A stretch of 41,706 nucleotides of DNA. Source: Octopus sinensis. Taxonomy: Eukaryota. Position numbers and translations under genes: made by a program. Shown here piece by piece: positions 12,506 to 24,440 of the stretch. The stretch is taken from the NCBI RefSeq assembly GCF_006345805.1, contig NW_021836804.1, forward strand, positions 1 to 41,706, given 5' to 3'. The notes below the pieces were generated by a model that worked only from the letters and a program-made list of their open reading frames with translations, had not been told where the DNA came from and did not search any database. Positions within the stretch are counted from its first letter, which is position 1, and each line of letters opens with the position of its first letter.

Positions 12506-12510
<5 letters not shown>
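11890..12510 (+). mobile_element. Tx1/L1-like LINE 3' end with 3' UTR and (TTA)n tail
   Basis: LMAITKEAVWMKRLKRLEKEIFSSGPGLIDFL..LPYKFLERRARVTNI resembles a Tx1 ORF2 C-terminus. It is followed by a pyrimidine-rich UTR ending CCCTTGTGGCCAATAGTGAAA(TTA)n. Confidence 0.6.
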
Positions 12511-12558
<48 letters not shown>

Positions 12559-12796
12559 AGGAGGTGGAGGAGGAGGAGAAGGAGGAGAAGGAGGGGGATG
12601 GGTGGTGGTGGTGGAGGAGGAGGAGTTATTGTCATAGCGGAACCAGATGAACTCGTTATGATCCAATAAAATTCGTTTTATTTTCTTTCCTTTTTTTTTT
12701 CCTCTTCCAAGCCTTTCCTCAGCCTTCAACTCATTCTCCATTTACTTTTTTAAAATTATCATTGATGTTGTTGTTGTTATAAAGTTCAATGTTTTT

Positions 12797-12846
<50 letters not shown>

Positions 12847-12886
12847 TATTATAATTATTATTGTTATTATTATTATTATTATTATT

Positions 12887-12918
<32 letters not shown>

Positions 12919-12970
12919 TTTTATTATTATTACCATTATTATCGTTATCATTATTATTATTATTATTATT
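12495..12970. repeat. Compound trinucleotide microsatellite field (TAG, GGA, GGT, CAT, TAT)
   Basis: Direct reading. Confidence 0.97.
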
Positions 12971-13249
12971 AATGCTCCGTCCTGTGAGCATAACGGTGTT
13001 TAATTTGACGCGTCTGTTTGTTCTTTTGGTTGCATAATAGAATTGCTGTTGTTGTTGTTGTTGTTGCCCGCGTCACTGTCGTTGTTGTTGTTGTTATTGG
13101 TGGTGGTGGTAGGTTTTTTTTATCGCGTTTCTGTGTCTCAAGGACAGATTTTTGGGGTGTTTTTTTTTCTTCTTTTCTTTGTCCAAACAAAGAAAAGCGT
13201 TAAGAGGACAGAAAACAAATAAGGAAAAGAAAACGAAGGAGGGCGCAAA

Positions 13250-13257
13250 TATATAAA
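13250..13257 (+). promoter_or_regulatory. TATA box of candidate signal-peptide isoform promoter
   Basis: TATATAAAG embedded in non-microsatellite sequence. Inr-like TTAGTT/TCAGT lies 33-41 bp downstream and the ATG 98 bp downstream. Confidence 0.65.
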
Positions 13258-13347
13258 GCTGTCTGGTTGTAGCGGACATGTTTTAGTTATTCAGTGAAGA
13301 CATCAGGACATCTGCAAACACCGAAACCTGATTTGTGGCCGCCCAAG

Positions 13348-13391
13348 ATGAAGCTCTTCGCGCTTGCCCTCCTGTTTTTCGTCGGTGCTAC
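13348..13391 (+). CDS. C4orf33: First coding exon encoding a signal peptide (MKLFALALLFFVGA|T), probably alternative exon 1 of the UPF0462 gene
   Basis: CAAGATGA Kozak, a classic n/h signal-peptide pattern and AC|GTGAGT donor. Phase 2 matches the acceptor at 27916, giving MKLFALALLFFVGATRG-QVNRPEDH. Linkage to C4orf33 is inferred. Confidence 0.7.
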
Positions 13392-13416
13392 GTGAGTACA
13401 AAATGGAACTTTCTAA

Positions 13417-13444
<28 letters not shown>

Positions 13445-13453
<9 letters not shown>

Positions 13454-14030
13454 TTGTTTCAGTCATTTGACTGTGGTCATGCTGGAGCACCGCCTTTTTT
13501 TAGTCGAACAAATCGACCCCGGGACTTATTCTTTGTAAGCCTAGTACTTATTCTATCGGTCTCTTTTTGCCGAATCGCTAGGTGACGGGGACGTAAACAC
13601 ACCAGCATCGGTTGTCAAGCAATGCTAGGGAGACAAACACAGACACACAAACATACACACATACATATATATATATACATATATACGACAGGTTTCTTTC
13701 AGTTTCCGTCTACCAAATCCACTCACAAGGCTTTGGTCAGCCCGAGGCTATAGTAGAAGACACTTGCCCAAGGTGCCACGCAGTGGGACTGAACCTGGGA
13801 CCATGTGGTTGGTAAGCAGGCTACTTACCACACAAACATACACACATACATATATATATATACATATATACGACAGGTTTCTTTCAGTTTCCGTCTACCA
13901 AATCCACTCACAAGGCTTTGGTCAGCCCGAGGCTATAGTAGAAGACACTTGCCCAAGGTGCCACACAGTGGGACTGAACCCGGGACCATGTGGTTGGTAA
14001 GCAAGCTACTTACCACAGAGCCACTCCTAC
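13445..14030 (-). mobile_element. Major SINE with tandem duplication of its 5' half
   Basis: ~184-bp unit repeated (13647-13830, 13831-14014). Confidence 0.9.
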
Positions 14031-14040
14031 ACTGTATATA

Positions 14041-14290
14041 TCTATTATATAAAATCCGTTCTGTCTGTCTGTGTGTGTGTCTTCTAGGATCTCGGGCATT
14101 CTCCATCCGATTGCGCTCAAATTTGATATGTAGATACCGACGGTATCAGGGCGTATATAAGTCTTGAAAAAAAATTACAAAAATCGATTCCTGGTGAGAA
14201 TGCGATCGATAAAGCCGTGGGGAAGTGCATTTGTACGCGCAAGTACATCAGCTGTTGTGATGTACTTACTGGTACTTTAAACTCTTCGGT
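14041..14290 (+). mobile_element. Non-autonomous Helitron-like 5' fragment
   Basis: A|TCTATTATATAAAATCCG followed by (CTGT)n and CATCCGATTGCGCTCAAATTTG, typical of a non-autonomous Helitron 5' end. No 3' CTAG hairpin was found. Confidence 0.55.
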
Positions 14291-14500
14291 TGCGTATTTG
14301 TGTGGATAAAATTGTTTTTCTTTGGAATAGAAAAAAATTCTATCTTTATTTCTTCTTTTGCTGGTGTCTCAAATTCATGTTCAATCAGTGTTTCTCAAAG
14401 GGGAGGCCTATGGGACGGTCGGAAAAGTTGTTTTGAGAAAATTTGGTTTAAATGTTTGACAACTCAGCACCGTCCATTGGATGGAGGGAGCCTTTTGCTC

Positions 14501-14536
<36 letters not shown>

Positions 14537-14804
14537 ACAATTTAATAAATAAAACATATGCATACATACATATATGTACGTACCTACATCTATATGTATA
14601 TATACATGCATTTATATATATGAGTACAGGACACCAAATGCACGTATATATACATATAGATGTAGGTACGTACATATATGTATGTATGTATGTATATATG
14701 CATGTTTTATTTATTAAATCGTTATTATATGATTGAACGCCTGGCGTCGATTTCTTATTCTCCAAGTAAGTTTTTATTATATATATATATATATATATCT
14801 TTTA

Positions 14805-15205
14805 CGCTTTTACTTGTTTCATTCATTTGACTGCGGCCATGCTGGAGCACCACCTTTAATCGAGCAACTCGACCTCGGGACTTATTCTTTTTGTAAACCC
14901 AGTACTTATTCTATCGGTCTCTTTTTGCCGAACCGCTAAGTAACGGGGACATAAACACACCAGCATTGGTTGTCAAGCAATGCTAGGGAGACAAACACAG
15001 ACACCCAAACACACACACATACATATATATACATATATACGACGGGCTTCTTTCAGTTTCTGTCTACCAAATCCACTCGCAAGGCTTTGGTCGGCCCGAG
15101 GCTATAGTAGAAGACACTTGCCCAAGGTGCCACGCAGTGGGACTGAACCCGGAACCATGTGGTTGGTAAACAAGCTACTTACCACACAGCCACTCCTGCG
15201 CCTAT
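14805..15205 (-). mobile_element. Major SINE, full length
   Basis: Family match. Confidence 0.9.
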
Positions 15206-15248
15206 CAATTTCTGAAATAGTTAGCAGAGTGTATATATATATATATAT

Positions 15249-15310
<62 letters not shown>

Positions 15311-16209
15311 CAAGATAAATACATCTGTAGTGGATCTCTCTCTCAGATCGTTTGGAAAGCCATTAAAGAGAAGCAGAAGCTATGTTAGGTGATCTTTGCC
15401 ACCTTGAGAACCAAAGTGGTTGGGATCTAGGTGCTGCTATTTTCTGTCCCACTACTCTTTCGGCTGTTTTAATGATATGAGAGAGAACTTCGTGAAATCG
15501 GACGGAAATTCGCTGTAAATGGCTTAGTTTTCTTTTCAAAAACTTAGAATTACAAACTAGGACCAAAAATACTTAGGAATAAAACCTTGAGTTCTGCTAT
15601 TTTCTCCAGAGATTAACAAGAGAAGATGCAAGCTGATGCCTGTCAGGACCCACTTTTGATTTGGGTTTTGTTTTATTAATTGCCGCAATGATGTACGCAG
15701 TGCCGAAAGGAGGGTATCCTTAAAATTTACTTCATCCATATTAAGTCAACCGCATCAGGATCACAAGACAGAGCATTATCGCTTTTGTTTAATCTCCACG
15801 ATATTTTGGCATCATTGTGAACAATGTGGCGTCTATCGATCATGGGGCCGATGGATAAAAAAGATGTAACCCAATCCATTTTTTTTTGCAAAGAAGTAGA
15901 AAGCATTAAGGACCATCTCTTCTTTCTGCAATGTTTTTCCTTCCTCAGCGGTGCCTTGGTGTATTGATGAGAAGCCTCATACAATTCTGGAGATATTGTT
16001 TTTATCGATTCTAGTATAATTATTACTCAGAGAGGGAGTGTTGCTTCTGATAGTATTTCGCCTAATTGATTTTTTTTTTTTTGTTATTTCTCTCTAGTTT
16101 TCTGTTGAATGGTTTTTTCTCTCTGGCGGGCGCCAACATCCGTTTTTGCTTGTGGATCGGGATGGGCTGTTGTTTGCATATATGCCAGCAACAGTACCCT
16201 CATATCTAT

Positions 16210-16622
16210 ATATACTCTTTACTCATTTTACTCTTTTACTTGCTTCAGCCATTTGACTGCGGCCATGCTGGAGCACCGCCTTTAGTCGAGCAACTCGACC
16301 CCGAGACTTCTTCTTTTGTAAGCCCAGTACTTATTCTATCGGTCTCTTTTGCCGAACCGCTAAGTAACGGGGACGTAAACACACCCGCATCGGTTGTCAA
16401 GCAATGCTAGGGGGGACAAACACAGACACACAAACACACACATACATATATATATATACGACAGGCTTCTTTCAGTTTCCGTCTACAAAATCCACTCACA
16501 AGGCATTGGTCGGCCCGGGGCTATAGCAGAAGACACTTGCCCAAGATGCCACGCAGTGGGACTGAACCCGGAACCATGTGGTTGGTTAGCAAGCTACTTA
16601 CCACACAGCCACTCCTGCGCCT
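16210..16622 (-). mobile_element. Major SINE, full length
   Basis: Family match. Confidence 0.9.
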
Positions 16623-16721
16623 ATCTGCCAGAAAAGTACAAGTGAAGGTCGAGTCATCGAGTGATGTGTTACGCATAACTACAATCCAGTTGGCTTTATG
16701 TAGGTTTATGTTGTGAAATGT

Positions 16722-16970
16722 GAGGGCGCGTGGGCTAGTGATTAGAGTGTTACACTCACGACCTCAAGATTATAGTTTCGATTCCCGGACTGGGTGTTGT
16801 TTTGGGATCTTGAGCAAAATATTTCATTTCTTCAGTAAACTCAGCTGCTAAGGAGCAACCCTCCGACAAACTGGTGTCGCTTTTATAGGGATATCGTTGC
16901 CTTGGTTACATGGATGCTATGGAAACCAAGCAAACGGCCCTACGAGCTCTAGGACTCGAGACAGGTGGTG
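16722..16970 (+). mobile_element. Diverged tRNA/CORE-type SINE
   Basis: GGCTAGTGATTAG A-box-like and GTTTCGATTCCC B-box-like motifs, then CTTGAGCAAAATATTTCATTTC..CTCAGCTG resembling the CORE domain. Confidence 0.6.
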
Positions 16971-17234
16971 ATAGTATCTTTTATGCTTTGGTTGTATCAG
17001 TCACTGGCGGCCATGTTGGAGCACCGCCTTAAAGGGTTTCAGAGTTGAACAAACCCAGACCAAGTGCTGCCAAATGTCATATTTTTGCCGAACAGCAAAC
17101 AAACCAACACCAGCTGCCAAGTGGGAGTGGGGTGGGGGAACAAAAACACACACACACATACACACACATACATTCACACACACACATACATACACACACA
17201 TACATACACACACACACACATACACATATGTAGA

Positions 17235-17453
17235 TACTCTTTTACTCTTTTACACGTTTCAGTCATGTGACTGTGGCCATGCTGGAGCACCGCCGCCTTT
17301 AGTCGAACGAATCGACCCCAGGACTTATTCTATCGGTCTCTTTTGCCTAACCGCTAAGTTTCGATTACATAAACACCCCAACATCGGTTGTCAAGCGATG
17401 ATGTGGAGGGGGGAGGGGGCAAACACACAAACATACACTCACAAGAATATATA

Positions 17454-17497
<44 letters not shown>

Positions 17498-18090
17498 GAA
17501 ATCAAGCAGGCTTCATTCAGTTTCCATCTACAAAGTCCCCGTCAATGCTCTGGCTAGCCCAGAACTACAGTAACAGGCACTTGTCCAAGGTACCATGCAG
17601 TGGGACTGAACCCAGAACCATGTGGTTGGGAAGTAAACGTCTAACCACACAGCCACGCCTGTATGTGTGTGCAGCGAGTATATGTGTGTGTGTGTGTGTG
17701 TGTGATGCGTCTGTATATACTCTTACTCTTTTACTTGTTTCAGTCATTTGACTGTGGCCATGCTGGAGCACCGCCTTTTAGTCGAGCAAATCGACCCCAA
17801 AAAGCCTAGTACTTATTCTATCGGTCTCTTTTAGCCGAACCGCTAAGTTACGGGGACGTAAACACACCACCATCGGTCGTCAAGCGGTGTTGGGGAGGCA
17901 AACACAGACACACATACATATATACGACAGGCTTCTTTCAGTTTCCATCTACCAAATCCGCTCACAAGGCATTGGTCGGCCCGAGGCTATAGTAGAAGGC
18001 ACTTGCCCAAGGTGCCACGCAGTGGGACTGAACCCGGAACCATGTGGTTGGTAAGCAAGCTACTTACTACACACCCACACCTTCGCCTAT
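17235..18090 (-). mobile_element. Two consecutive major SINE copies (17235-17660, 17715-18090)
   Basis: Family match, both reverse. Confidence 0.9.
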
Positions 18091-18605
18091 ATGTTTACGT
18101 GTGTGCGCAAACAATTTTTTTAATGGGGTGGGGCTTATTTTTTTTTTTTTCTTCCACCCTGAGTTCCGATATAATCGTAATTCTACACCCTTTAAAAAGC
18201 ATTTATAGGAAATTTTATTTTCAAAAAAATGCATCCATTTTTGCGAAAGTTATGAGGGGGAACAAAGCCACGGTAAGGGGCCCACATGTGTAGTTATGCC
18301 CTTTCATCTAGGACAGGGCGCAAAGCGACGGAAGAAACAACACTCGACGCCCGGTCTGCCGTTTTAACAGGTCCCCTCTTCATCGAACGCCCGCCTTGGA
18401 TACGGCAAACTGCATTTTTTTAAACCCATCCCGGAGGGATTGAAAAGGGCGAGATGACCTCGGCCGAGGTTCACCAGAATTTGTAGTACAAGTGGGAGAA
18501 GAAGAAGAGATAATGTTTGCGATAGAACAGGCGGTAGTAGCAGTAGTAATAGTGAATATGGAAATAACGGTTACGATCGTAACAGTAAGAGTGAGGGTGA
18601 ATGAC

Positions 18606-18637
<32 letters not shown>

Positions 18638-18708
18638 ACAGCAGCAGCAGCAGTAGTAGTAGTAGTAGTAGTTGTAGTAGTAGTAGTAGTAGTAGTAGTA
18701 ATAGCAGC

Positions 18709-18743
<35 letters not shown>

Positions 18744-18744
18744 C

Positions 18745-18776
<32 letters not shown>

Positions 18777-18890
18777 CAGTAGTAGTAGTAATAGCAGTAG
18801 TAGTAGTAGTAGCAGTAATAGCAGCAGCAGTAGTAGCAGTAGTAGTATGGATAGTGGTAGCAGCAGCAGCAGTAGTAGTAGTAGTAGCAA
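18606..18890. repeat. (TAG/CAG)n microsatellite
   Basis: Direct reading; source of the poly-S and poly-L pseudo-ORFs. Confidence 0.97.
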
Positions 18891-19013
18891 CAGATGTTGC
18901 TGTTTTTTTATTGTTGTTTTGTGTAACCGAATAAAGTCGACCAAAGTCTGTTTTGCTCTTTCCATTTAATTTACGGAATTATAACTAATTTTCCTTGTTT
19001 ATTCAAAATTTAA

Positions 19014-19049
<36 letters not shown>

Positions 19050-19262
19050 CATTTTAATCCTGACACGCCTTCATTGTAACTTCCACATCGCATCGCATCA
19101 TATTTATATCGTCCTGTAACCGTCCTCGATCAGTTTCTAAAGCCCTCAACTGGGGTTTATCAATATTATTGATACATTGTACACCAAAGACACACCAAGT
19201 GCGCATGTTTCAATTAAATGTAGGACAGCACCGCCTCCTTCCTTTAACTCGCATCGGGGACC

Positions 19263-19288
19263 ATGTCCGAAGATAGTTGCATTCATCC
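19263..19288 (+). CDS. C4orf33: Alternative first coding exon without signal peptide (MSEDSCIH|P)
   Basis: GACCATGT Kozak and CC|GTGAGT donor in CpG-rich unique sequence. Phase 2 fits the 27916 acceptor; the assembled CDS is 654 nt (217 aa). Confidence 0.6.
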
Positions 19289-19494
19289 GTGAGTACGAAA
19301 GGTCCACTTCTTAGTGACCCAAACCGAATTCGTTGCCTAATAACAAAATAAGAAAGCGTTACATACGTAAAATTATACCTATGGTTATACACACCTGTTA
19401 TTTATATACACGCATAACATTTAAGTTTTTCTGTTGTTTGTTACCAGCCTCAGTTACATGTTTTGTATATACATAAACACCACGTACATATGTG

Positions 19495-19929
19495 GGTACT
19501 ACTTGAGAACAGAGGTCCCAGTGCGCGCACTCGCGTAATCGCGCATCCGCGCTAGCTAGACGTGACTAGTCGATCCTACAACGACGACTACCTAGCAAAG
19601 TAAATAAAACACAAAATAAATAATTTTTTTTTTACACAAAATAATTTTTGTTAAGGGCGTAACTTCGGTATAAGTACCGGAAGTACCGGATACATTTCAA
19701 GAAAGGGTTTTTTTATATATATATGGAGGATTAGGGGTGGGAGAAAAGGGTTTCTGTTATTTTTAGAAATGTAAACAAAGCCACTTCCGGTACTTAAGGT
19801 ACTTATACCGAAGGATCGCTATACAAAGTAAATAAGACACAAAAACGCAAAGTAAGGATCGACTAGTCATGACTAGCTAGCGCGGATGCGCGAGTGCGCG
19901 CACCGGGACCACTGTTCTCAAGTAGTACC
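19495..19929. mobile_element. MITE with ~80-bp TIRs, Merlin-like
   Basis: Arms 19495-19577 and 19855-19929 are reverse complements apart from a few mismatches and a small indel. Termini are GGTAC..GTACC and the flanks CATATGTG / TATATGTG match at 7 of 8 positions. Confidence 0.8.
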
Positions 19930-20182
19930 TATATGTGTGTGTGTGCGTATGTGTGTATAATTAGCAAGGTGGCCAGAAAGTAATAAGTCAGAATCGGCAC
20001 CGGCCGATCTGAGATCTGACGTCCTCGTTTGCTGACTGGGTTGGAGGGCTGTCTCTCTTGTCGATGAATAGAATGTGCTCCGTTGAACGGAAAATGCTCT
20101 GTTCCTGGCTAAGAGTTATTTTGACTCTTATTTCTAGCCGTGCTGGTGTTGGCTTGCACGCTTAGTCACTTTTAGTAACAGT

Positions 20183-20216
<34 letters not shown>

Positions 20217-20554
20217 CGTGGCAGTGGAAGTGTTGAACAGATAGGACTAGGAGCTTCAGTTGTGGCCATGCTGGGGCACCACCTTGAAAAGGAAATACTT
20301 CCGTCCGTAGCCACCCCCCTGCCAATTTTCTCCCAAATTTGTTTATTTTTGTAATTTTTTTTTTTTTTCCAAACAAATCCACATTTTCGGATACGGAGGT
20401 TCCGGAAAATTGCCAAAATTCGGCATTTCCCCACCCCCTTTCCCGCAACTTCTTCAATTTTGACTTTTTTCCCCAACACTAACCCTAAAACCCTAACCCT
20501 AACCCTAAAATCACGTGGTTAGGAAACAAATTTCTTGCCACACAAGGCATCTTT

Positions 20555-22110
20555 TATTTGTTTTATTCATTGGACTGCGGCCATACTGGAGCACCACCTT
20601 GAAAGGTTTTGAATTGAACAAATCGACCACAGTACTTGCTTTCTAAAGTTTGGTATATATCCTATAGGCTCTTTTTTGTTGAACCGCTAAGTTACAGGGA
20701 CGTAAACAAACCAACAGCAGTTGTCAAGCAGTGGTGGGTGGGGCAAACACACACACACACACACGTGTGTCTGTGTGTGTGTATGGCAGGCTTCTTTCAG
20801 TTTCCTTCTCCCAAATCCACTCACAAGGCTTTGATCAGCCTGGGGTTATAACAGAAGCAACTTGCCCAAAGTGTTATGCAATGAGATTGAACCCGAAATC
20901 ATGTGGTTGGGAAGCAAACTTTCTTACCGCACACCCATCCTTCTGAGCTTGATTCAAATAAGTACCAGTCATGTACTGGGGTCAATGAAAGCGAATAGCC
21001 TCCATCCACTCGACTTCCCAAAAAATTGCAGGCCTTGTGCCTTTTCTGGAAAGAATTATTATTAATGTAGAAAACTGGAAGATTCTTTAAAGCATGGGAG
21101 AAAAAATGCTTTACTCTCTCTCTTTTCCTCTTTTACTTGTTTCAGTCATTTGACTGCGGCCATGCTGGAGCACTGCCTTTAATCGAGCAACTCGACCCCG
21201 GGACTTATTCTTTTTGTAAGCCCAGTACTTATTCTATCGGTCTCTTTTGCCAAACCGCTAGGTAACGGGAACATAAACACACCAGCATCGGTTGTCAAGC
21301 AATACTAGGGGGACAAACACAGATACACAAACACACACACGCATATATATACATATATATGACAGGCTTCTTTCAGTTTCCGTCTACCAAATCCACTCAC
21401 AAGGCATTGGTCGGCCCGAGGCTATAGTAGAAGACACCTGCCCAAGGTGCCATGCAGTGGGACTGAACCCGGAACTATGTGGTTGGGAAGCAAGCTACTT
21501 ACCACACAGCCACTCCTGCACCTATGATGTTTGTGAATCTTTGTGATGTTTGTCAATCTTTCCGTTTTGAGTTCAAACTCCACTTGATCTTTCATCCCTT
21601 CGGGGTCAATCAGAAAAAGTACGAGTCAGTTAAAAGGGTCGATGTAATCGAAGAAGCTTTCACTTTTTAAATTGCAGGCCTCGTGCCCAAATTTGAAAAC
21701 ATTTCCTTCTTTTGTTCATTTACTTGTTTCAATCATTTCACTGTGGCCATGCTGGAGCACTATTTTTTAGTCGAACAAATCGACCCCAGAACTTATTCCT
21801 TGTACGCCTACTACTTATTTTATCAATCCATTTTGCTGAACTGCTAAGTTACGGAGGAGATAAACATACTGACATCGGGTGTCAGTCGATGATAGGGGTA
21901 CAAACACAGACACACACAAATACACACAGACACACACACACACACACACACATATATGATGGGCTACTTTCAGTTTTGGTCTACCAAATCCAGTCGCAAA
22001 TTTTGGGCAGCCTGAGGACGTAGTAGAAGACACTTGCTTAAGGTGCCACACAGTGGGACTGAACCTGGAACCATGTGATTGGGAATCAAGCTACTTACCA
22101 CACAGCCACA
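20555..22110 (-). mobile_element. Cluster of three major SINE copies (20555-20935, 21125-21525, 21715-22110) with two Deu/Nin-type SINE fragments (+) between them
   Basis: Family matches; fragments at ~20955-21065 and ~21560-21700. Confidence 0.85.
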
Positions 22111-22162
22111 CACACACATATATATATATATTTAAAAAAGGAGATGTGGAACACGAGTTGTG

Positions 22163-22537
22163 ATATATAAAAAAAGGAAATAAAGAAAATGCTGACAAAT
22201 AATTTAAGTAAGAGCGAGTGTATTTAATTAGGTGAAAGTTCTTTTTACCGGTTGCACATTTGTTATGCTTATCAAAAGATATTTTTTTAAGAGAGATAGA
22301 GTTCCTTTCTGATAGATTTTTTTCTCTTATCTGGGATTTTTTTCTCTTATCCTTTCTGATAGATTTTTTTCTCTTATCCAGATAAGAGAAAAAAATCTAT
22401 CAGAAAGGAACTCTATCTCTCTTAAAAAAATATCTTTTGATAAGCATAACAAATGCGCAACAGGTAAAAAGAACTTTCACCTAATTAAATACACTCTCCC
22501 TTACTTAAATTATTTTGTCAGCATTTTCTTCATTTCC

Positions 22538-22548
<11 letters not shown>
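22163..22548. repeat. Long inverted repeat, ~170-bp arms, 43-bp spacer
   Basis: 22163-22334 and 22378-22548 are near-perfect reverse complements and are bounded by (TA)n. Confidence 0.95.
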
Positions 22549-22572
<24 letters not shown>

Positions 22573-22809
22573 GTACACATATATGACAGGTTTCTTTCAG
22601 TTTCCCTCTATCAAATCCACTCACAAGGATTACAGTCGGCCCAAGGCTAAAAGATAAAAGACAACCACTTGAATGGTGGTTTTTAAGTGCCACCGGCATA
22701 GAAGCCAGTTTGTTGCTCTGGCAACAATCATGCTCGGATAGTACTCTTAGCGCTCCACTAGCACGGATGCCAGTCATTCTAAATAGACACTTGGTATATA
22801 TATATATAT

Positions 22810-23812
22810 ATATTCTTGAGAACTGAATTTTTCACGACCTTATGATTTTTTTTATTTTTCATTTTTTTCCAGTTACAGTTTACCAACAAAGAAATCTTCA
22901 ACTTCTCAACAGTTTGTCTTCCTTTCATTAATCTACAATTGCATTTCATTCTATTTTCAATGTTTGCCCTGTAATCTGATAGCATGCTTGTAACGTGGTG
23001 ATCTCATTCTCGCTCACAACATCATAAGCGGAAAGTGTAACCTCTCGAAAGAGCTGTTCTTCACTCCTGCTCCGGAGTGTCGGCTGCGGGGTCATTCCGA
23101 AAAGCTCTACCTGCGACGATTTCATCTCAATCAAAGGAGAGGAGCTTTCTCCGTCCGGGTTGCGGATCCGTGGAACAAGCTTCCAGACGAGATGGTGAAG
23201 ATGCCGACGACCGCTTTGTTCAAAGTCTCCCTTGACCTCAAGTGGCCTGAACTCTTTACATGAACACCACCCTGTACTTAACTCCATGTCCCCCTACATG
23301 GCCTTGCTATTTGCTTTTGAACCAAAAATTAACTAACTAACTAACTAACCCTACAACATAATTGTGTTCAAATTTCACCCTGCATTCATCCCCAGCAAAA
23401 TCCACATGTAGCCTTCCTTCAAGTCTTATTCATACATGTTTGCATGGTCTCATATTCTCTCTGACTCTCTGTCCATCACACGGTCACACTGCTTTCTTGC
23501 CTTGCAACAGTTTTCCATTTGCTCAGAGTACTTGAATTTCTTGCGCTTTTCTTTTTGTCGTAAACAACATCACATGGAGACAGGGAAAGGAGAGAGGTAG
23601 AGGCAGAGGGACAGAAGAATTAGGGAGGGACAAGTAAAAAGAAAAGGGACAGAGTGAAGTGAAAGAGGAGGGGAGGTGAAAATGAAGAGAAAGCCAGGAA
23701 ATGTGAGAGAGAGAGAGGTGAAAGAAAGAAGAGTGAGAAGAACAAAGTGTGAAGCGGCTGATAGAAAGAAAGAAAGAATGAAAGAATAAGAGTCGTACAA
23801 AATTTATATATA
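22810..23812 (-). mobile_element. Probable non-LTR retrotransposon 5' UTR and degenerate ORF1
   Basis: Pyrimidine-rich leader, then a decayed frame (HLHHLVWKLVPRIRNPDG..LFREVTLSAYDVV..LQACYQITGQTLK). The leader recurs at 27275-27388. Clade not determined. Confidence 0.45.
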
Positions 23813-23863
23813 TTTATATATATATATATATAAATATATATATTAGAATATATATATAATAAA

Positions 23864-23969
<106 letters not shown>

Positions 23970-24004
23970 ACACATAAGAGACCAAAGTGTACGTACACTG
24001 CTAT

Positions 24005-24226
24005 ATACTCTTTACTCATTTACTTGTTTCAGTCATTTGACTGTGGCCATGCTGGAGCACTGCCTTAGTCGAGCAAATCAACCCCGGGACTTATTCTTTG
24101 TAAGCCTAGTGCTTATTTTATCAGTATCTTTTGCCGAACTGCTAAGTTACGGGGACATAAACACACCAGCATCGGTTGTCAGGCAATGCTAGGAGGACAA
24201 ACACAGACACACAAACATATACACAC

Positions 24227-24273
<47 letters not shown>

Positions 24274-24440
24274 TACGACGGGCTTCTTTCAGTTTCCGTC
24301 TACCAAATCCACTCACAAGGCTTCGGTCAGCCCGATGCTATAGCAGAAGACACTTGCCCAAGGTGCCACACAGTGGAACTGAACCCGGAACCATGTGGTT
24401 GGTAAGCAAGCTACTTACCACTCAGCCAATCCTGCGCCTG
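24005..24440 (-). mobile_element. Major SINE, full length
   Basis: Family match. Confidence 0.9.

Noticed and set aside
15343-15384. Possible exon 2 of a separate secreted peptide (TSFGKPLKRSRSYVR)
   Set aside because: Phase-compatible and peptide-like, but the donor is weak and no further exons were found. The C4orf33 junction explains the signal peptide better. It remains the main alternative to test.
15310-16020. Coding-like minus-strand ORF fragments
   Set aside because: No motif recognised; stops in all frames. Probably a decayed element of unknown class.
18110-18600. CpG-rich segment as downstream exons of the signal-peptide gene or as a divergent first exon
   Set aside because: Every acceptor/frame combination tried gives short unrecognisable peptides or an implausible 39-nt intron. 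The AGTTATGCCC-type motifs look transposon-like. Unresolved.
18471-18965. 164-aa minus-strand ORF MERAKQTL..poly-L
   Set aside because: The frame is held open by (CTA)n; no recognisable domain or splice support.
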